From Eledone cirrhosa (lineage: Eukaryota), in the NCBI GenBank assembly GCA_964016885.1, contig OZ024746.1:47678001-47742000 (forward strand): a stretch of DNA of 64,000 nt, in the 5' to 3' direction. A program made the position numbers and the translations under genes. The notes beneath the pieces were generated by a model that saw only the letters and a list, made by a program, of their open reading frames with translations, did not search any database and was not told the origin of the DNA. This document shows, piece after piece, positions 1 through 12,744 of this stretch; the first letter of the stretch is position 1; every line of letters starts with the position of its first letter.

Positions 1-355
1 TCTCTCTCTCTCACACAAACACAAATTTCACAATGAACATCCAAATATATCTATCTATGTGTGAGCGTGCGTCCATCCTTGCAATGGCTGCCTAGAATGG
101 CGGCTTCGCAAATGATTTATATGATACAAATACAATTTATAATTGCTGGAATTGTACTGCAGTAAATTTAGTGCAAATTACTTTTATTCAAAAGCACACG
201 TGTTTAAGAATACGTAAAATACGTAAACTATTTCGGCTAGAACAAACTGTTTCAGCTAAAAACATACAAATAGATAAATTTTGTATTATAATACATACAC
301 ACACACATATATATATATATACATATACATACATACATACATATATATATAGATG

Positions 356-402
356 AGATTCTACAGGACTAGAACTGTTTCATTCTTTAGAAATCATCAG
401 GA

Positions 403-405
<3 letters not shown>
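356..405 (-). ncRNA. Type I hammerhead ribozyme, family A
   Basis: Reverse strand reads gattc-CTGATGA-t ttc taaa gaa t-GAAA-cag ttctagtc ctg-TA-gaatc. Stem I gattc/gaatc, stem III cag/ctg, GUA cleavage triplet. Confidence 0.85.
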
Positions 406-439
<34 letters not shown>

Positions 440-504
440 CAAATATAAATTAGCGAGAATCGTATTTCGGCTCAGGAATTAATATATATATATATATATA
501 TATA

Positions 505-557
505 CAAACGGAAAAAATGAAACGAAATTTCATTTCCCACTCTTAGTACGGCTGTTA
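505..557 (-). repeat. Terminal fragment of the 422-bp HHR monomer family
   Basis: aaacggaaaaaatgaaacg..tttcatttcccactcttagtacggctgtta matches 40025-40075 and is flanked by (TA)n. Confidence 0.75.
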
Positions 558-569
558 TATATATATATA

Positions 570-688
570 TTCCTGAAACAGTTCTAGTCCTGTAGAATCT
601 CATCTATATTAAAACTTTTATACTCTGCTATGTATTGTGTACCTTACTTACTGTGGTTACTTCCGATTCAACCCGGAATAACTTACTA
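570..688 (+). mobile_element. Family A HHR element with deleted catalytic core plus 3' tail
   Basis: cctga^aacagttctagtcctgtagaatc; the tail aligns with 55587-55700. Confidence 0.7.
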
Positions 689-700
689 TATATATATATA

Positions 701-882
701 GGAACGAGTAGGACCCCGACGGCTGAGCTCAAGCCGTTTCGAGGTCCAGAATTAGCCGTCGAAACGGCTTGAGCTCAGCCATCGGGGTCCTACTCGTTCC
801 TATTACCCACTCTACTACCCTAAGTATTGAGTACTTTGGTGCGTTATGGTCCACCTGGTTCCTTACCACATTTCCTTCGTTA
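701..882 (+). mobile_element. Short PLE-type insertion, family F: 3' half of an HHR with inverted 5' arm
   Basis: 701-742 is the inverse of 759-800. Contains GAAA-cggc..gccg-TC-ggggtc (stem III, GUC, stem I strand; intact in the inverted arm). Related copies at 21872, 23983 and 47945. Confidence 0.7.
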
Positions 883-924
883 TATATATATATATATATA
901 TATAAAATTTCAGGTTATCAATAA

Positions 925-1362
925 TGTAATTGCAACTGTGTCCAACCAGGAATGTGTCCGTTGAACAATCAGTGTCTTGAACGCAACATCGTATACAAAT
1001 GTACTATCGAATCGGATAGACAGAAGAGGTACTATGTGGGATCTACAGCCACTTCCTTCAAATCACGCCTTTATAGACATCGTTACTCGATAAAACATGA
1101 AAACCAGCGTTATGTAACAACACTCGCAGACAAGGCTTTGCAGCTGCGTGAAAATAACCAACAATTTCACCTAAAATGGGATATAATAGTGACTGCCCCC
1201 CCATAATCCCACGGACAGGAATTTTGTAAATTATGTAATGTGGAATTATTTTGTATTATGAAATCCAAAAACATTTTATTAAATAACAAAATAGAGCGAT
1301 CGTTATACTGTAACCATCGCTTAAAATCTACATTTTCATATTATAAATACTACCAGGATTGA
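925..1362 (+). pseudogene. GIY-YIG endonuclease C-terminus of a Penelope-like element (Naiad-like), with internal TAA stop
   Basis: CNC..CPL..QCL..NIVYKC...YYVGST...FKSRLYRH...LKWDII...CKLC...LLNNK...CNH; the frame continues past TAA at 1204 to TGA at 1360. Confidence 0.85.
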
Positions 1363-1842
1363 ACGCCTGTCTCTATCTCCGTTTGATTGTCAAAATAGAT
1401 ATTAACATTCTCTATTAGTCTTAATTCTATCAACTCTTCTATTATTTACCATTTAATATAAATTGCTATAGATAAAATGAGATTTCTGATTTCTTCATTC
1501 AATTACCTAATGCATATACCTGCTGGCTACTAGCATTGATGTTATTCAGTAGCAATCGAAATCTCCCCCTTCCCCAATTGACACTTTATAATTAATACTA
1601 CTACACCAAATGACCAGCCCTGTCCACTGTCCAATTGGTCAAGTAGAGATTAAAATTGGCACTCCCAATAGTTCTTATTTAGATAAAATGAACCATTTAC
1701 TCATGGTATTCTCATTAGAAAGCCTTTATATACTTGTTTAGCAGTAAATTGAATTACCATCTGTCATATACTATCCCCTCTCTTCTTCCTCTATTACTAA
1801 TATAAATACTTCAATTTTTCTGATTTTATCCAATTTATCCAA

Positions 1843-1961
1843 AATCTCTGAAGAAGTGACAACTGATTATACATTTGCTATCGAATACTTGCTAACATTA
1901 TATGATTACGCAAGCAGCAATACATAGGTATTCCGTCTGTTACAGAAACATATGTCAATAT
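1843..1961 (+). ncRNA. Degenerate HHR with long stem II in the PLE 3' region
   Basis: CTGAAGA-a gtgaca..tgttac a-GAAA-catatg-TC, with a 90-nt stem II region and palindromic stem III acatatgt. Stem I pairs poorly. Confidence 0.6.
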
Positions 1962-1990
1962 CTAATAAATTCCTTTTAAATAAAAAACAC

Positions 1991-2045
<55 letters not shown>

Positions 2046-3167
2046 TGTTTGGTGTCCCGAACTTGCAGGCTACACTGTTCATCCGATTTTCATGAAACTT
2101 GACACATATATAAAACGCACGTGCGAACCGCCTTTTTCTCTTTGTGTGTATCCGCTTTTTGTGAACAACAATAAATCCGGCCGTCTCACTAAACGGACCT
2201 TTACAGAATTTGCCCACTTACTTATCGGTGAGTTAGTGCTTATTTAGTTAGAATATTTGCATGCTATTTCAGTTAAATTTAATTCATTTTTCGCCTTCCT
2301 TAAATTTAAAAATCCCCATTGGGACTAGGGGGTTGTCGACATCTTAGCGTTACTCTATATTTATTCCCCCTTATTCAAGTGCAAATACAGTACTATCCCT
2401 ATCTGAAAGGAAACCAAATTTAATGGTGTCTTTTGTGATGCCAAAAGCTAAAAGCGGTGAGTAAATTTTCAAACAGTCTTAAATAATCATGTTTTTTTAA
2501 CAAAATTTACTAAATAATACTTTGACCAAGTTGTATTGGACACATACAAAGTTGTAAAAAATGTTACGTCCGTACCAATATTTTCCTTTTTTAAACAAAA
2601 GGTTCTAAAAAATTACTTAATTCATAAACACTACTGTCACAGCCTTTTGCACAGGAGGTGAGTAAGTTTTCGGGTTTTTAAACGTAAGTTCACCAGGGTT
2701 TGTGTCTTTTCCATTATTAACCCACCTCTAATGGCATTTTTTGTTCCGTTTATGACTAAATGTTATGAGCATATTTGCAAATTGCTATTGTTCTTTAATT
2801 TTTTTAATTAGTTGTCATAGACCATCTGCATGCAGTGCAATTGATTGCGCACACGTACATACCTGCATGCAGATAAACACTGACAGCTAATAAAAAATCG
2901 ATAATTTGCTTATTAAGACATCGGTCAAAAAGAGAAATTGAATGTACTTTAGAACATTTTTTGAATATATTGTTCTTTTTGGCATGATATGTCAGAAATA
3001 TAGCTACTATACACTTTGGTTATTTTTTGTAACTAAGAAACGGTTCCGTTTGGGTGGATACTTAACGAGAAAGATCCCAGAGTTTTGGACAAGTTTGTTT
3101 CAGGCACTATATAGACGCCAATTTTGTCACACCTTGGTCATGAATTCGTATTCTTTTCCAATAGATA

Positions 3168-3421
3168 CCGTATTTTCCGCTCTATAAGGCTCACCGGGAT
3201 ATAAGGCGTATCATTTAAAATCAGGTCCGCGCAACGGCGTGTAAGGCCAACCAGGAACATGCTATCTTTACTTTTAGTCTAGATCTATTACTTCTGTTAG
3301 AGCCGTGATTGATTACCATTGTATTATTTATACATAAGGCTCACCGAAGTATAAAGCGCAGAGCTGTTTTTTTTATGAAATTTAGGTATTTTAAGTGCAC
3401 TTTATAGGCCGGAAAATTCGG
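3168..3421. mobile_element. Tc1/mariner (Tc2-like) MITE
   Basis: TIRs ccgtattttccg / cggaaaattcgg with TA on both sides (3166-67 and 3422-23). Confidence 0.75.
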
Positions 3422-3920
3422 TAAGTTATTATAATCATATTTCCAAATCTTCCCATTCACCAATAACCATGCAAACGAATCTGGTGTCATCTCTCTCTGT
3501 ACTTAATCACCCCTCTCTAACCTAACAGCTTTGTTACACGTCGTTATGCCCACACAGAAACGTTCAAGACTTACCTCCAAAAAAGATACAGCTACTGCTT
3601 TGAGACGACGAATTAGGCGTTCTCAGGTATGCGTTCATTCACAATTGGTTAATCCTTTATGCAATATTCTCCCTTAATGTTAGCAATTACTGCGTTTATC
3701 CTAACTGTCACCACTTTTAAGTAACTACAACAATCTAATCGTAGTTATATTAAATTTATTGTCTTACCTTGATTCCCTTTTGTTCATATTACACTTTTCT
3801 CATTTACTATTGGCACAGTGCTTTTGGTTTAGCTAACCAGTAGCGTTAATTAACTTTCTCTAGGAAACACCTGCTGAGCGCAAATCTCGACTCGCTGATA
3901 GACGTCTTTCCCGGCTGGTT

Positions 3921-4125
3921 GAGTCACCAACATCCCGTACGACGAGGCTTGCTGGTGTTCGCCTTCGTCGCCAACAAGCGCTGGCGGAGGAGTCACCAAC
4001 ATCCCGTACGACGAGGCTTGCTTGTGTTCGCCTTCGTCACCAACAAGCGCTTTCAGAGGAGTCACCAACATCCGTACGACGCGGCTTGCTGGCCTTCGTC
4101 ACCAACAAGCGCTTGCAGAGGAGTC
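3921..4125 (+). repeat. About 69-bp tandem repeat x3 inside the Helitron
   Basis: gagtcaccaacatcccgtacgacgaggcttgc..gccttcgtc.ccaacaagcgct repeated three times. Confidence 0.85.
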
Positions 4126-4507
4126 CACAGCAGACAGAGACATCAGGCTTGCTGCTAAGCGTTCCCGGCATACATTAGCTACTGCTGCCAAGAGCTCAGG
4201 CTGGGTAAAAGCAGCCTTCAGATATAACCCCTCTGAGGATTACGGACTTCTGCCTACAGTTTCCATTGGCAAAATGGATGTCTGTACATCCTGTGCAGGC
4301 GGTAAGGTGCAACTAGAGGCATTGGCTGACCCACCAGACGTTCTTCTGAATCTACTTACAGGTGACGACACTACGGCTACAACGTTCCGCCGTAACATGT
4401 GGAAATATAACTCCTGTTTCATGATGACCTCTTTTGGTGTAGACAATAACAACACCAACAACAGCGTGAACCCCAACAACGTTGCACCTGTGATGCGCGG
4501 GAAGTAA
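4022..4507 (+). pseudogene. Helitron RepHel N-terminal fragment
   Basis: AAFRYNP..DY..VSIGKM..C..GKVQL..L.DPP..L..LLTG...FRRNMWKYNSCFMMTSFG is a typical Helitron pre-Rep motif. Confidence 0.8.
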
Positions 4508-4564
4508 CTTTGACACATTTTACCAACAGAGTAAAGATCGACTTACACCCGGGTACTTCTGCTA

Positions 4565-4649
<85 letters not shown>

Positions 4650-4654
4650 ATATA

Positions 4655-5483
4655 TGAGAGACGTAAAATAAGAAATTATAAAATTAACTTACTTACTAAA
4701 ATTTCACTCCAACTAATTAGTTTCTGAAAGGGAATAAACATAGTTTCCGAAGAAACGTACGGAGAAGCCTTTCGTCACCAGGGAAGTCTATTCTCAGCTA
4801 AGTTTCCAGGCAATACGTGGACACAGGGAACTTATACAAAAATAATTCAGTGGATGGAAAAAAGCGAAGCGTGGACTAAATTCCAAGCCATTGAAAAAAT
4901 CACTGCCTACTGCGTCGGTGGCAAATTCAAAAGAATCAGTCACGTGACATCGAGGTCAATCAGTGAAGAGTGGTTTGTTAAGAAGACAGCAGCCGGACCG
5001 TTACTATAGTAGCAGTTTTGGCCAATTTTTGCCCGACAAAATAATTTGGAGATAATTATAGAGAATTAATATATCTAGTAACATATATATACACAGATGC
5101 ATACTCATGCTAGCAAATGTATAGGTTTTGTCTTAGTAACTTTGTGGTTCAATACATGGGGATGCAGAACAATAATATGAGAGACGTAAAATAAGAAAAT
5201 TATAAAATTAACTTACTTACTAAAATTTCACTCCAACTAATTAGTTTCTGAAAGGGAATAAACATAGTTTCCGAAGAAAAGTACGGAGAAGCCTTTCGTC
5301 ATCAGGGAAGTCTATTCTCAGCTAAGTTTCCAGGTAATACGTGGACACAGGGAACTTATACAAAAATAATTCAGTGGATGGAAAAAAGCGAAGCGTGGAC
5401 TAAATTCCAAGCCATTGAAAACCTATATATTTGCTAGCATGAGTATGCATCTGTGTATATATATGTTACTAGATATATTAATT

Positions 5484-5487
<4 letters not shown>
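4655..5487 (-). mobile_element. Non-coding HHR element: about 1.5 copies of a 524-bp monomer plus an inverted 5' arm
   Basis: Direct repeat 4655-4898 / 5177-5421; 5421-5487 is the inverse of 5056-5126; (TA)n on both sides. Confidence 0.8.
5231..5310 (-). ncRNA. Type I HHR (second copy at 4707-4786 has CTGGTGA)
   Basis: ttcc-CTGATGA-c gaaagg..cctttc a-GAAA-ctaattag-TT-ggag; palindromic stem III, GUU triplet. Confidence 0.8.
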
Positions 5488-5572
<85 letters not shown>

Positions 5573-5581
5573 ATATATACA

Positions 5582-5654
<73 letters not shown>

Positions 5655-5664
5655 ATATACACTG

Positions 5665-5700
<36 letters not shown>

Positions 5701-5716
5701 ATATATATATACACTG

Positions 5717-5774
<58 letters not shown>

Positions 5775-5780
5775 TGTACA

Positions 5781-5829
<49 letters not shown>

Positions 5830-5857
5830 ATATATATACACTGTGTATATATATATG

Positions 5858-5936
<79 letters not shown>

Positions 5937-5945
5937 TGTACACTG

Positions 5946-5983
<38 letters not shown>

Positions 5984-6011
5984 ATATATATACACTGTGT
6001 ATATATATATG

Positions 6012-6085
<74 letters not shown>

Positions 6086-6119
6086 CACTGTATATATATA
6101 TTATATATATATATATACA

Positions 6120-6183
<64 letters not shown>
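5488..6183. repeat. Interrupted (TA)n microsatellite (representative; other long tracts at 17842-19039, 19463-20074, 28600-30242, 37087-37516, 37850-38369, 38618-39660)
   Basis: Directly visible in the sequence. Confidence 0.98.
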
Positions 6184-6188
<5 letters not shown>

Positions 6189-6412
6189 AATGAAAAAAAT
6201 TTCACCTAGAACAAAGTCACGTACAAACATACACATACATAATTTTTGTATTATAATATATACTTTTATAAAAAACATTCATTGTTTCCCTCCGACGGAG
6301 CAGAATAAGGAATTTTATGTAAAAGTAAATACTGTTCATTACATTGGTACTCTTGTAGCTATAAGTACCAATATATATTACACACGTGCGCACAAATACA
6401 TATCTACCTTCA

Positions 6413-6486
<74 letters not shown>

Positions 6487-7418
6487 ACTATCTATCTAGG
6501 AGATATATATCTAGATTTTGTATACACATATACACATACATAACATAAACACATGCATACATATGTACATATATAAATGCATGCATACACGAATGCATAC
6601 ATACATACATATACATACATACATACATACATCATACAAACATACATACATACATACTTACATACATATATACATAAACAAATACATACATGCATGCATA
6701 CATAAATACACACATACATACATACATACACACATACATACGCACATACACATATACATGGCACCGAAAACCAGCCACACTGTGTTACCAGCTAAATATG
6801 CCAGCACATTATATTTCGACTTTTGCTCGCTAAATACATTGCATAAATGCATAAGAAAACAACAACGACAACAACAACAACGACAACAACAGCAACAACA
6901 ACAAAAAATATCACTATATTTCTAATAAACATCTAATCCAAGCAATCCAATGAATAATTAATGAGCTGCCTGTCATTTAGACCAATCTCCTCGTATATTG
7001 TTTGATCTATTTGAATGCGCGCGCGCGTCGATGTGTGTGTGTGTGTGTGTGTGCGTGTATATGTGTGTACGTGCGTGAGTGTGTCTGCCCGTTTGTGTGT
7101 GTGTGTGTGTGTGTGTCTGCCCGTTTGTGTGTGCGTGTGTTCATGTGTGTTTCTGCCCGTGCGTGTGTGTGTCTGCCCGTGTGTGTGCGTGTGTCTGCCT
7201 GTGTATGTGTCCATGTATACTTATATATGTGTGCCTGTGTCTGTGTATGTGTGTGTGTGTCTGTGTATATGTACATTTGTATAACTCTTTGTGTTCGTCC
7301 CAATGTGTATCCATATCTATATGGGTATATGTCTGTCTTCTGTCTGTCTGTCTGTCTGTCTGTATGTATGTATGTATGTATGTATGTATGTATGTATGTA
7401 TGTATGTATCTATGTATC

Positions 7419-7456
<38 letters not shown>

Positions 7457-7708
7457 CATGTCTGTCTGTCTGTATTTATGCATGTAATTATGTATGTATG
7501 TATGTATATATGTATGTATGTATGTACGTATATGTACGTATGTATATGTACGTATGTGTATGTATGTATGTATGTATGTATGTATGTATGTATGTATGTA
7601 TGTATGCAGCTATGCACATACGTATATGCTTATGTATATAGGCGTCTATGAATGCATACGTGTGTATATGAATATATGCATGCATGAATGTGCGTGATTG
7701 AGTGTACA

Positions 7709-7741
<33 letters not shown>

Positions 7742-8129
7742 GCATGTATGTGTGTCTGTGTGTGTGTGTGTATGTGTGTGCATGCATATGTTCTTCCTTT
7801 CTTTGATTTTCACAGGAGGTTATTATTTTCTGGTCTGCTAGACACTCATATTTCAATGTATGAAAACGTGGCGGGACGGAGGAAAGGAAGAGGAGGAGAG
7901 GAAGAGGAGGGAGGATGAGGATGAGGATGAGGGGAGGATGAGGAGGATGAGGAAAGGAAGAGGAGGAGGAGGAGAGGAGGGGAGGATGAGGAGGATGAGG
8001 ACGCGGAAAAGGAGGATATGGTAAATAAATATATGAACAAATAGATACATAAAATAAAAATAAACACGACAAATGATACTCGGAAGATTATTTAAAATTT
8101 TTATTATCATCATCATTATTATTATTATA

Positions 8130-8640
8130 AAATAAAGTACCAGTAATGTACTGGATAATTGCTGGCCTTGTGCCTAAAGTAGAAACAAGTATTATTGGTG
8201 GATTGGCAATATCGATAGAGGGTTGGACGCCATGCTTTGCAGCATGGAGTTACGGGCCTTTACGATCTGAGTTCAAATCCCGCCGAGGTTAACTTTGCCT
8301 TTCATCTTTACGGGGTCGATAAAATAAAGTACCAGTAATGTACTGGGGTAATTGCTGGCCTTGTGCCAAAAGTAGAAACAATTATTATTATTATTGCTAG
8401 GGCGGTGGATTGGCAGAATCGGTAGAGCATCGGACAAAATACTTAGTGACATAGAGTTACGGCCTTTTACGTTCTAAGTACAAATCCCCCGAGGTTGGCC
8501 TGCCATTCATCCTTACGGGGTCGATAAAATAAAGTACCAGTTACGCACTGGGGTCGATTTAATCGACTTTGCCCTCCCCTCACAATTGCTGGCCTTGTGC
8601 CTAAAGTAGAAGGAATTATTATTATTGCTAAGGTTATTAT
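8130..8640 (+). mobile_element. Tandem tRNA-derived SINE copies (octopus-type)
   Basis: A-box-like tggcagaatcggtagagc, B-box gagttcaaatcc, core tttgcctttcatccttacggggtcgataaaataaagtaccag, (TTA)n tail. Other copies at 13161-13292, 22250-22370, 36865-37065(-), 45700-45857, 46665-46848(-), 50041-50228, 56122-56312(-), 57617-57962(-). Confidence 0.85.
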
Positions 8641-11189
8641 TACTATATATTTATTTTTATTCATTTATTTATTTTAAGGACCAGGTTTGGTTATGAAACC
8701 AATAGATAGGAGACGGAATGAATGTAGAATGAAAGGAAAGAAAAGAAGTAGAAAAGAAGTCAAAGAGGAAAGAAGGCAGAAGGAAAGAAAAGAGAACAGA
8801 AGGAAATGACACAAACAAAGACTTTGCTAAAGTGGTTCCGAACCAATCCTACTGCGTGGCAGTGTTCTGTTGACCGATACCTCGTAAGTGTAATTTGGTA
8901 GGCGGAAAATGTGAAGGAATCAATGTGAAGGAATCATGATTGTTGTCCGTAGTTTTTTGCTCTAATGTTAAACTTTTCTATATGAACTGGAGAGGGAGAT
9001 GGGAAAGGCTTCCTTTTGGATAGGGCAAAAACATTTAAGTGAAAGACCAACGTCGGGAGCAGAGAGAAGAGAACAAACCCTCAACAGAATAAACACCATA
9101 ATGTCTGAATGATGGGAGTGGTTACAACAGTATCACGATTCTGGTGATAACAGCATTGATAACGAGTAAAATCGTGCTATGACCGGACCACAAAACCCAG
9201 ACACTCCCTAGTAGCATCAATGCTGATTGTCAGAGCTGGAGGGATCGATACTTTTGAAAGATGTCGAGCTGATGAAGGGAATAATATCTCACGATGCAAA
9301 CCATATATAGAATTTGAAATTTGAAATATGTGCCTCCAAATGCATATGGTCACAATAATAGTCAACTACTATAACGCACTATCTCTCTCTGCATCTTAGA
9401 GATGTATGGTTCGATTCCTCGTAGGCGCCTCGACCACTTTTTACTGTAGCCAGGGGTACTTTACTCGATTTTCTCAACTATTGTTTACAGTGATCGACTA
9501 TGGGAGTTCGGCTCTTCCGTGTTCGGACCTGGTGCGCAGTGTCAGTTCCCCGCAAGGAGGTAGTGAAACACTAAAAATATGAGAGAGTCTTGTAATTATA
9601 GAACATCATTCCAGATTACATGTCAAGCAAAACCAGTTCCTAGGTGACAGTAGACTTCTGTATTTTTTCTTGCTAACTAAAATTTTTGTCCTTACTAAAT
9701 TTACTTTCATACAACAAGAACAACAACAGTAATTATTATAGTTATTTGCGCAGGTATTCACACACTTCAAATAATAATGACATTAGTTTTTATGTTGTGT
9801 TATAAGGTTACAAATTGCAGTGATTCTAAAGAAAGCGGTCAGCTGGCTAGATATGAAATAAAATCAAGGACATTTGATGGTAGATATATCCTTATGACTG
9901 TTTCTTTAATTTCAAACTAATTTATTTCTTTTGTGCTGTGCGACAGTGTGACAGCTACATTTAATTTGTGGTAACGTAAATCTAATATAAGACGTGTGCT
10001 GAATACAATCATATGTCATATAAACCATTCGGATGTAGAGCCATTACAAATAGTTTTGTGTTTATGCAATACATCTTGAGACAAGGGAGCTTGGTGGAGC
10101 CTATCGTTCGTCCAATCACATATGCAATACACGAGAATGAGTTGGCTTTTACAGCCTTTCTATTGCTAGAAATAACAACCTGGTGTGCCTTCAAATGACA
10201 TCTTATTAAAAACAGCACGTTGAATCATGCGGTATTTATTCAAACATTTTCTCCGCTCTGAGTTCAAATATCATTGAGGTCAACGTTGCTTTACATCCAT
10301 TCAGGATTCAATAAAACAAATATTTGTTCAGCGCGATGGATTGGTGGAATTGGTAGAGCGTCGGATGAGATATCTTGCAGTATTTATTCCGTGTCTTTGT
10401 GTTATAAGGTTTTAGTGGAAGATTTAACTTGTCACCCAGTTTAACACCCCAACCTGGTTCTCGGGTTCTTTTAGTGGAGTTCATTCTATTGCAAGCATTT
10501 TGATCAAGTCTTCGAGGAGTGTAAATTTCCCCCTTTCGTTAGTCACGCGGAGGCACTAAAAAATAAAGGTTCATAGGTGCTGCCATTCTCTCTCTGACAA
10601 AACGGTAAAAAATGTATCCAGGTATGTAAGCATTGGTCTACGCGACGAAAATATTCCAAATAAGCAATTGTGACAGAAACAAAGCCAAACAAAAAATACA
10701 CAAAACCCCACAAAGTTGATGTATTATATTGAATACTCCTGCAGGAGTTGCAACTGACAGATAGTATCAGCAATGGAAAGACCAATAGAAACATTGTTTC
10801 CTTGGTCCAATTTGACGAGATCCACCCCACTCGAGGTCTGGGATCTAGTCGATCGATCAGAGCGAGCGTTGCTTAAAAAAGAAAAAGAAAAAATATATGG
10901 AGTAGCCATGGCTCAAATGTTTTTCATAGTATGTCTGGTTGATCACTTGATTAGATCCGATATATGGCTAAGCACCAATAACGCCATATTCACAAGAACA
11001 GTTGAATTCATTATTGCAGAGAGCATGGATTTTCTAAACAACAAAGTACTGTATAACTGAACCGATTTGTAATCTGTTTCCGACCTGAGTTTGTTAATCA
11101 TAGCCGAATCCCTTGATTTTAACTTGACCCAGTTCACTAATTTGCAAATAAGGATGGATCCAATATATCATTAACTTGTGATTGTTTGT

Positions 11190-11740
11190 TTAGCTTGACC
11201 TTTTCGATTGGATGAGAATTTCTTTCGTCAATCTGGCATGCTGTAGATGTACCTTATTACGTCTTTAGTAGAGTCCCCTATGACCAGAGTGGTTGTGTTA
11301 GTCATTAATCCCAATTTCTTTTATTTATTACCCAATAGATGAGAAGCTGTTTATATGAATTTTGAAAGCTTTTTAATCCTGGTGATATCAAAGAGATTTA
11401 TGTACAGTTGGAACATATGTAGCTTCACACATACAAGGAAATCTTAGATTAGAAGGGAATTCTAGAAGAAGGAAGGAGCTATTCTCTGGTCAAATGATTG
11501 ATTGAAGTGTTTTGTGCGGTGAGATATGTTTTGGGTGATGAGAGGAAGAAAGACAGGTGTCTTTAGTGGGTCAAGGCGGAGCAGTATGTCACTGTCTATC
11601 TCAAAAGTAGAGTGGCTGTTGTAGTAAAGGTAGAAGAGACAGAGAGAAGAAACAGTATGAAAGCTACTATCTGTAATAGTATGTTGGTAATATTTTACCA
11701 TTAACAGATCTGCTTTCTTTTCGAAGTGGTCTTGGATGTT
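11190..11740 (-). pseudogene. Highly decayed PLE RT-thumb/GIY-YIG remnant
   Basis: Fragments DPLKTPVFLPL and SNLRFPCMCEATYV in broken frames resemble the PLE linker and endonuclease. Confidence 0.4.
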
Positions 11741-11775
11741 TGAATCTGTGTAGGGTGTGTGTATGTATGCGACTG

Positions 11776-11808
<33 letters not shown>

Positions 11809-11820
11809 ATATATATATAT

Positions 11821-12160
11821 ATGGTCGGGTCGTTGGCGACTAAACTGGCAACCCCACCAAGGTTTCTTGGTGAGGAGGGTGACTTTGGACATCCTGCAGG
11901 ACTAAAAACAAAACCTGTCAAAGGGCAAGGGAGCTCTTAAGAGTCAATGGCCATCCAAAATCACCGGGAGAGATGACCTCTTAGCCTTGGTCAAGGCAGA
12001 ATTCTAGGAGAAGGAATACTCTAATATAACACCTGCAACCCTGATGGTATCCAATGATGTTGACTTGTTCTTCTTTTTGGTAAATATCATCTTGGTTAAG
12101 AGAGTGGGACTGGTTTGTGCAGTGCCTTTGCTCACTATAAAAGCTTCACGTCACAGGCAT
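11821..12160 (+). mobile_element. Partial copy of the ~590-bp RTE-derived non-autonomous element
   Basis: Aligns with 16905-17245. Confidence 0.85.
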
Positions 12161-12182
12161 TCGATCTATTGTCGATATATAT

Positions 12183-12216
<34 letters not shown>

Positions 12217-12604
12217 GGCAGCGTTGTTCTATCTACCCGCACAGTATGTCAATGTGCGTCTGAAGTGGATGTTGTAGAGACTTAGTAACTGATCAGATCA
12301 GTATTTTCAGAACATGGAGAAAAGCGATGCAGATTTTACAAAACGGTTGCGGTTATCCAAGGTTGGATTTTTCTTGCGGCGATTGAATGAGGCTTTTGTT
12401 TTGTTGTTGAGTGAGATTTGTTTGTGTCAACAGCTTGCGAAAAATAAGGTTTTACTTTTGAGTTTTAAGTTCGGATCCCATCACTGGCATTTAACTGTTT
12501 GTTAAAACAATAACACACACACAGAAAAAAATATTTACAGCGAAAAAAAAACTTGAAAAATTTGAATATTTTGATACTATTTAGGGGCAAAGATTGTATA
12601 ATTC

Positions 12605-12692
<88 letters not shown>

Positions 12693-12744
12693 TTGTCTGC
12701 TTGCCTGCCTGTCTGCATGTAAGTCAATCTATCTTCATTTAAGA

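Larger units (their letters stand above)
1994..4564 (+). mobile_element. Internally deleted Helitron
   Basis: Contains a Helitron RepHel N-terminal fragment and ends in ..ccgggtacttctgCTAG followed by T at 4565. The 5' boundary is approximate. Confidence 0.65.

Noticed and set aside
1204-1206. In-frame stop in the Naiad-like endonuclease as possible selenocysteine recoding
   Set aside because: The codon is TAA at a position that is usually Tyr, not TGA at a Cys position, so it is simple decay.
5415-6278. Long ORFs of YI, CV, HT or MYVC repeats here and throughout (for example 17783-19082, 28585-30262, 37729-39326)
   Set aside because: They are translations of microsatellites that lack stop codons, not proteins.
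7870-8020. Purine-rich GGA/GAGGAT tract giving Pro/Ser/Glu-rich ORFs
   Set aside because: Low-complexity repeat with no coding support.
8401-8490. tRNA-like A and B boxes
   Set aside because: These are SINE heads with no complete cloverleaf.
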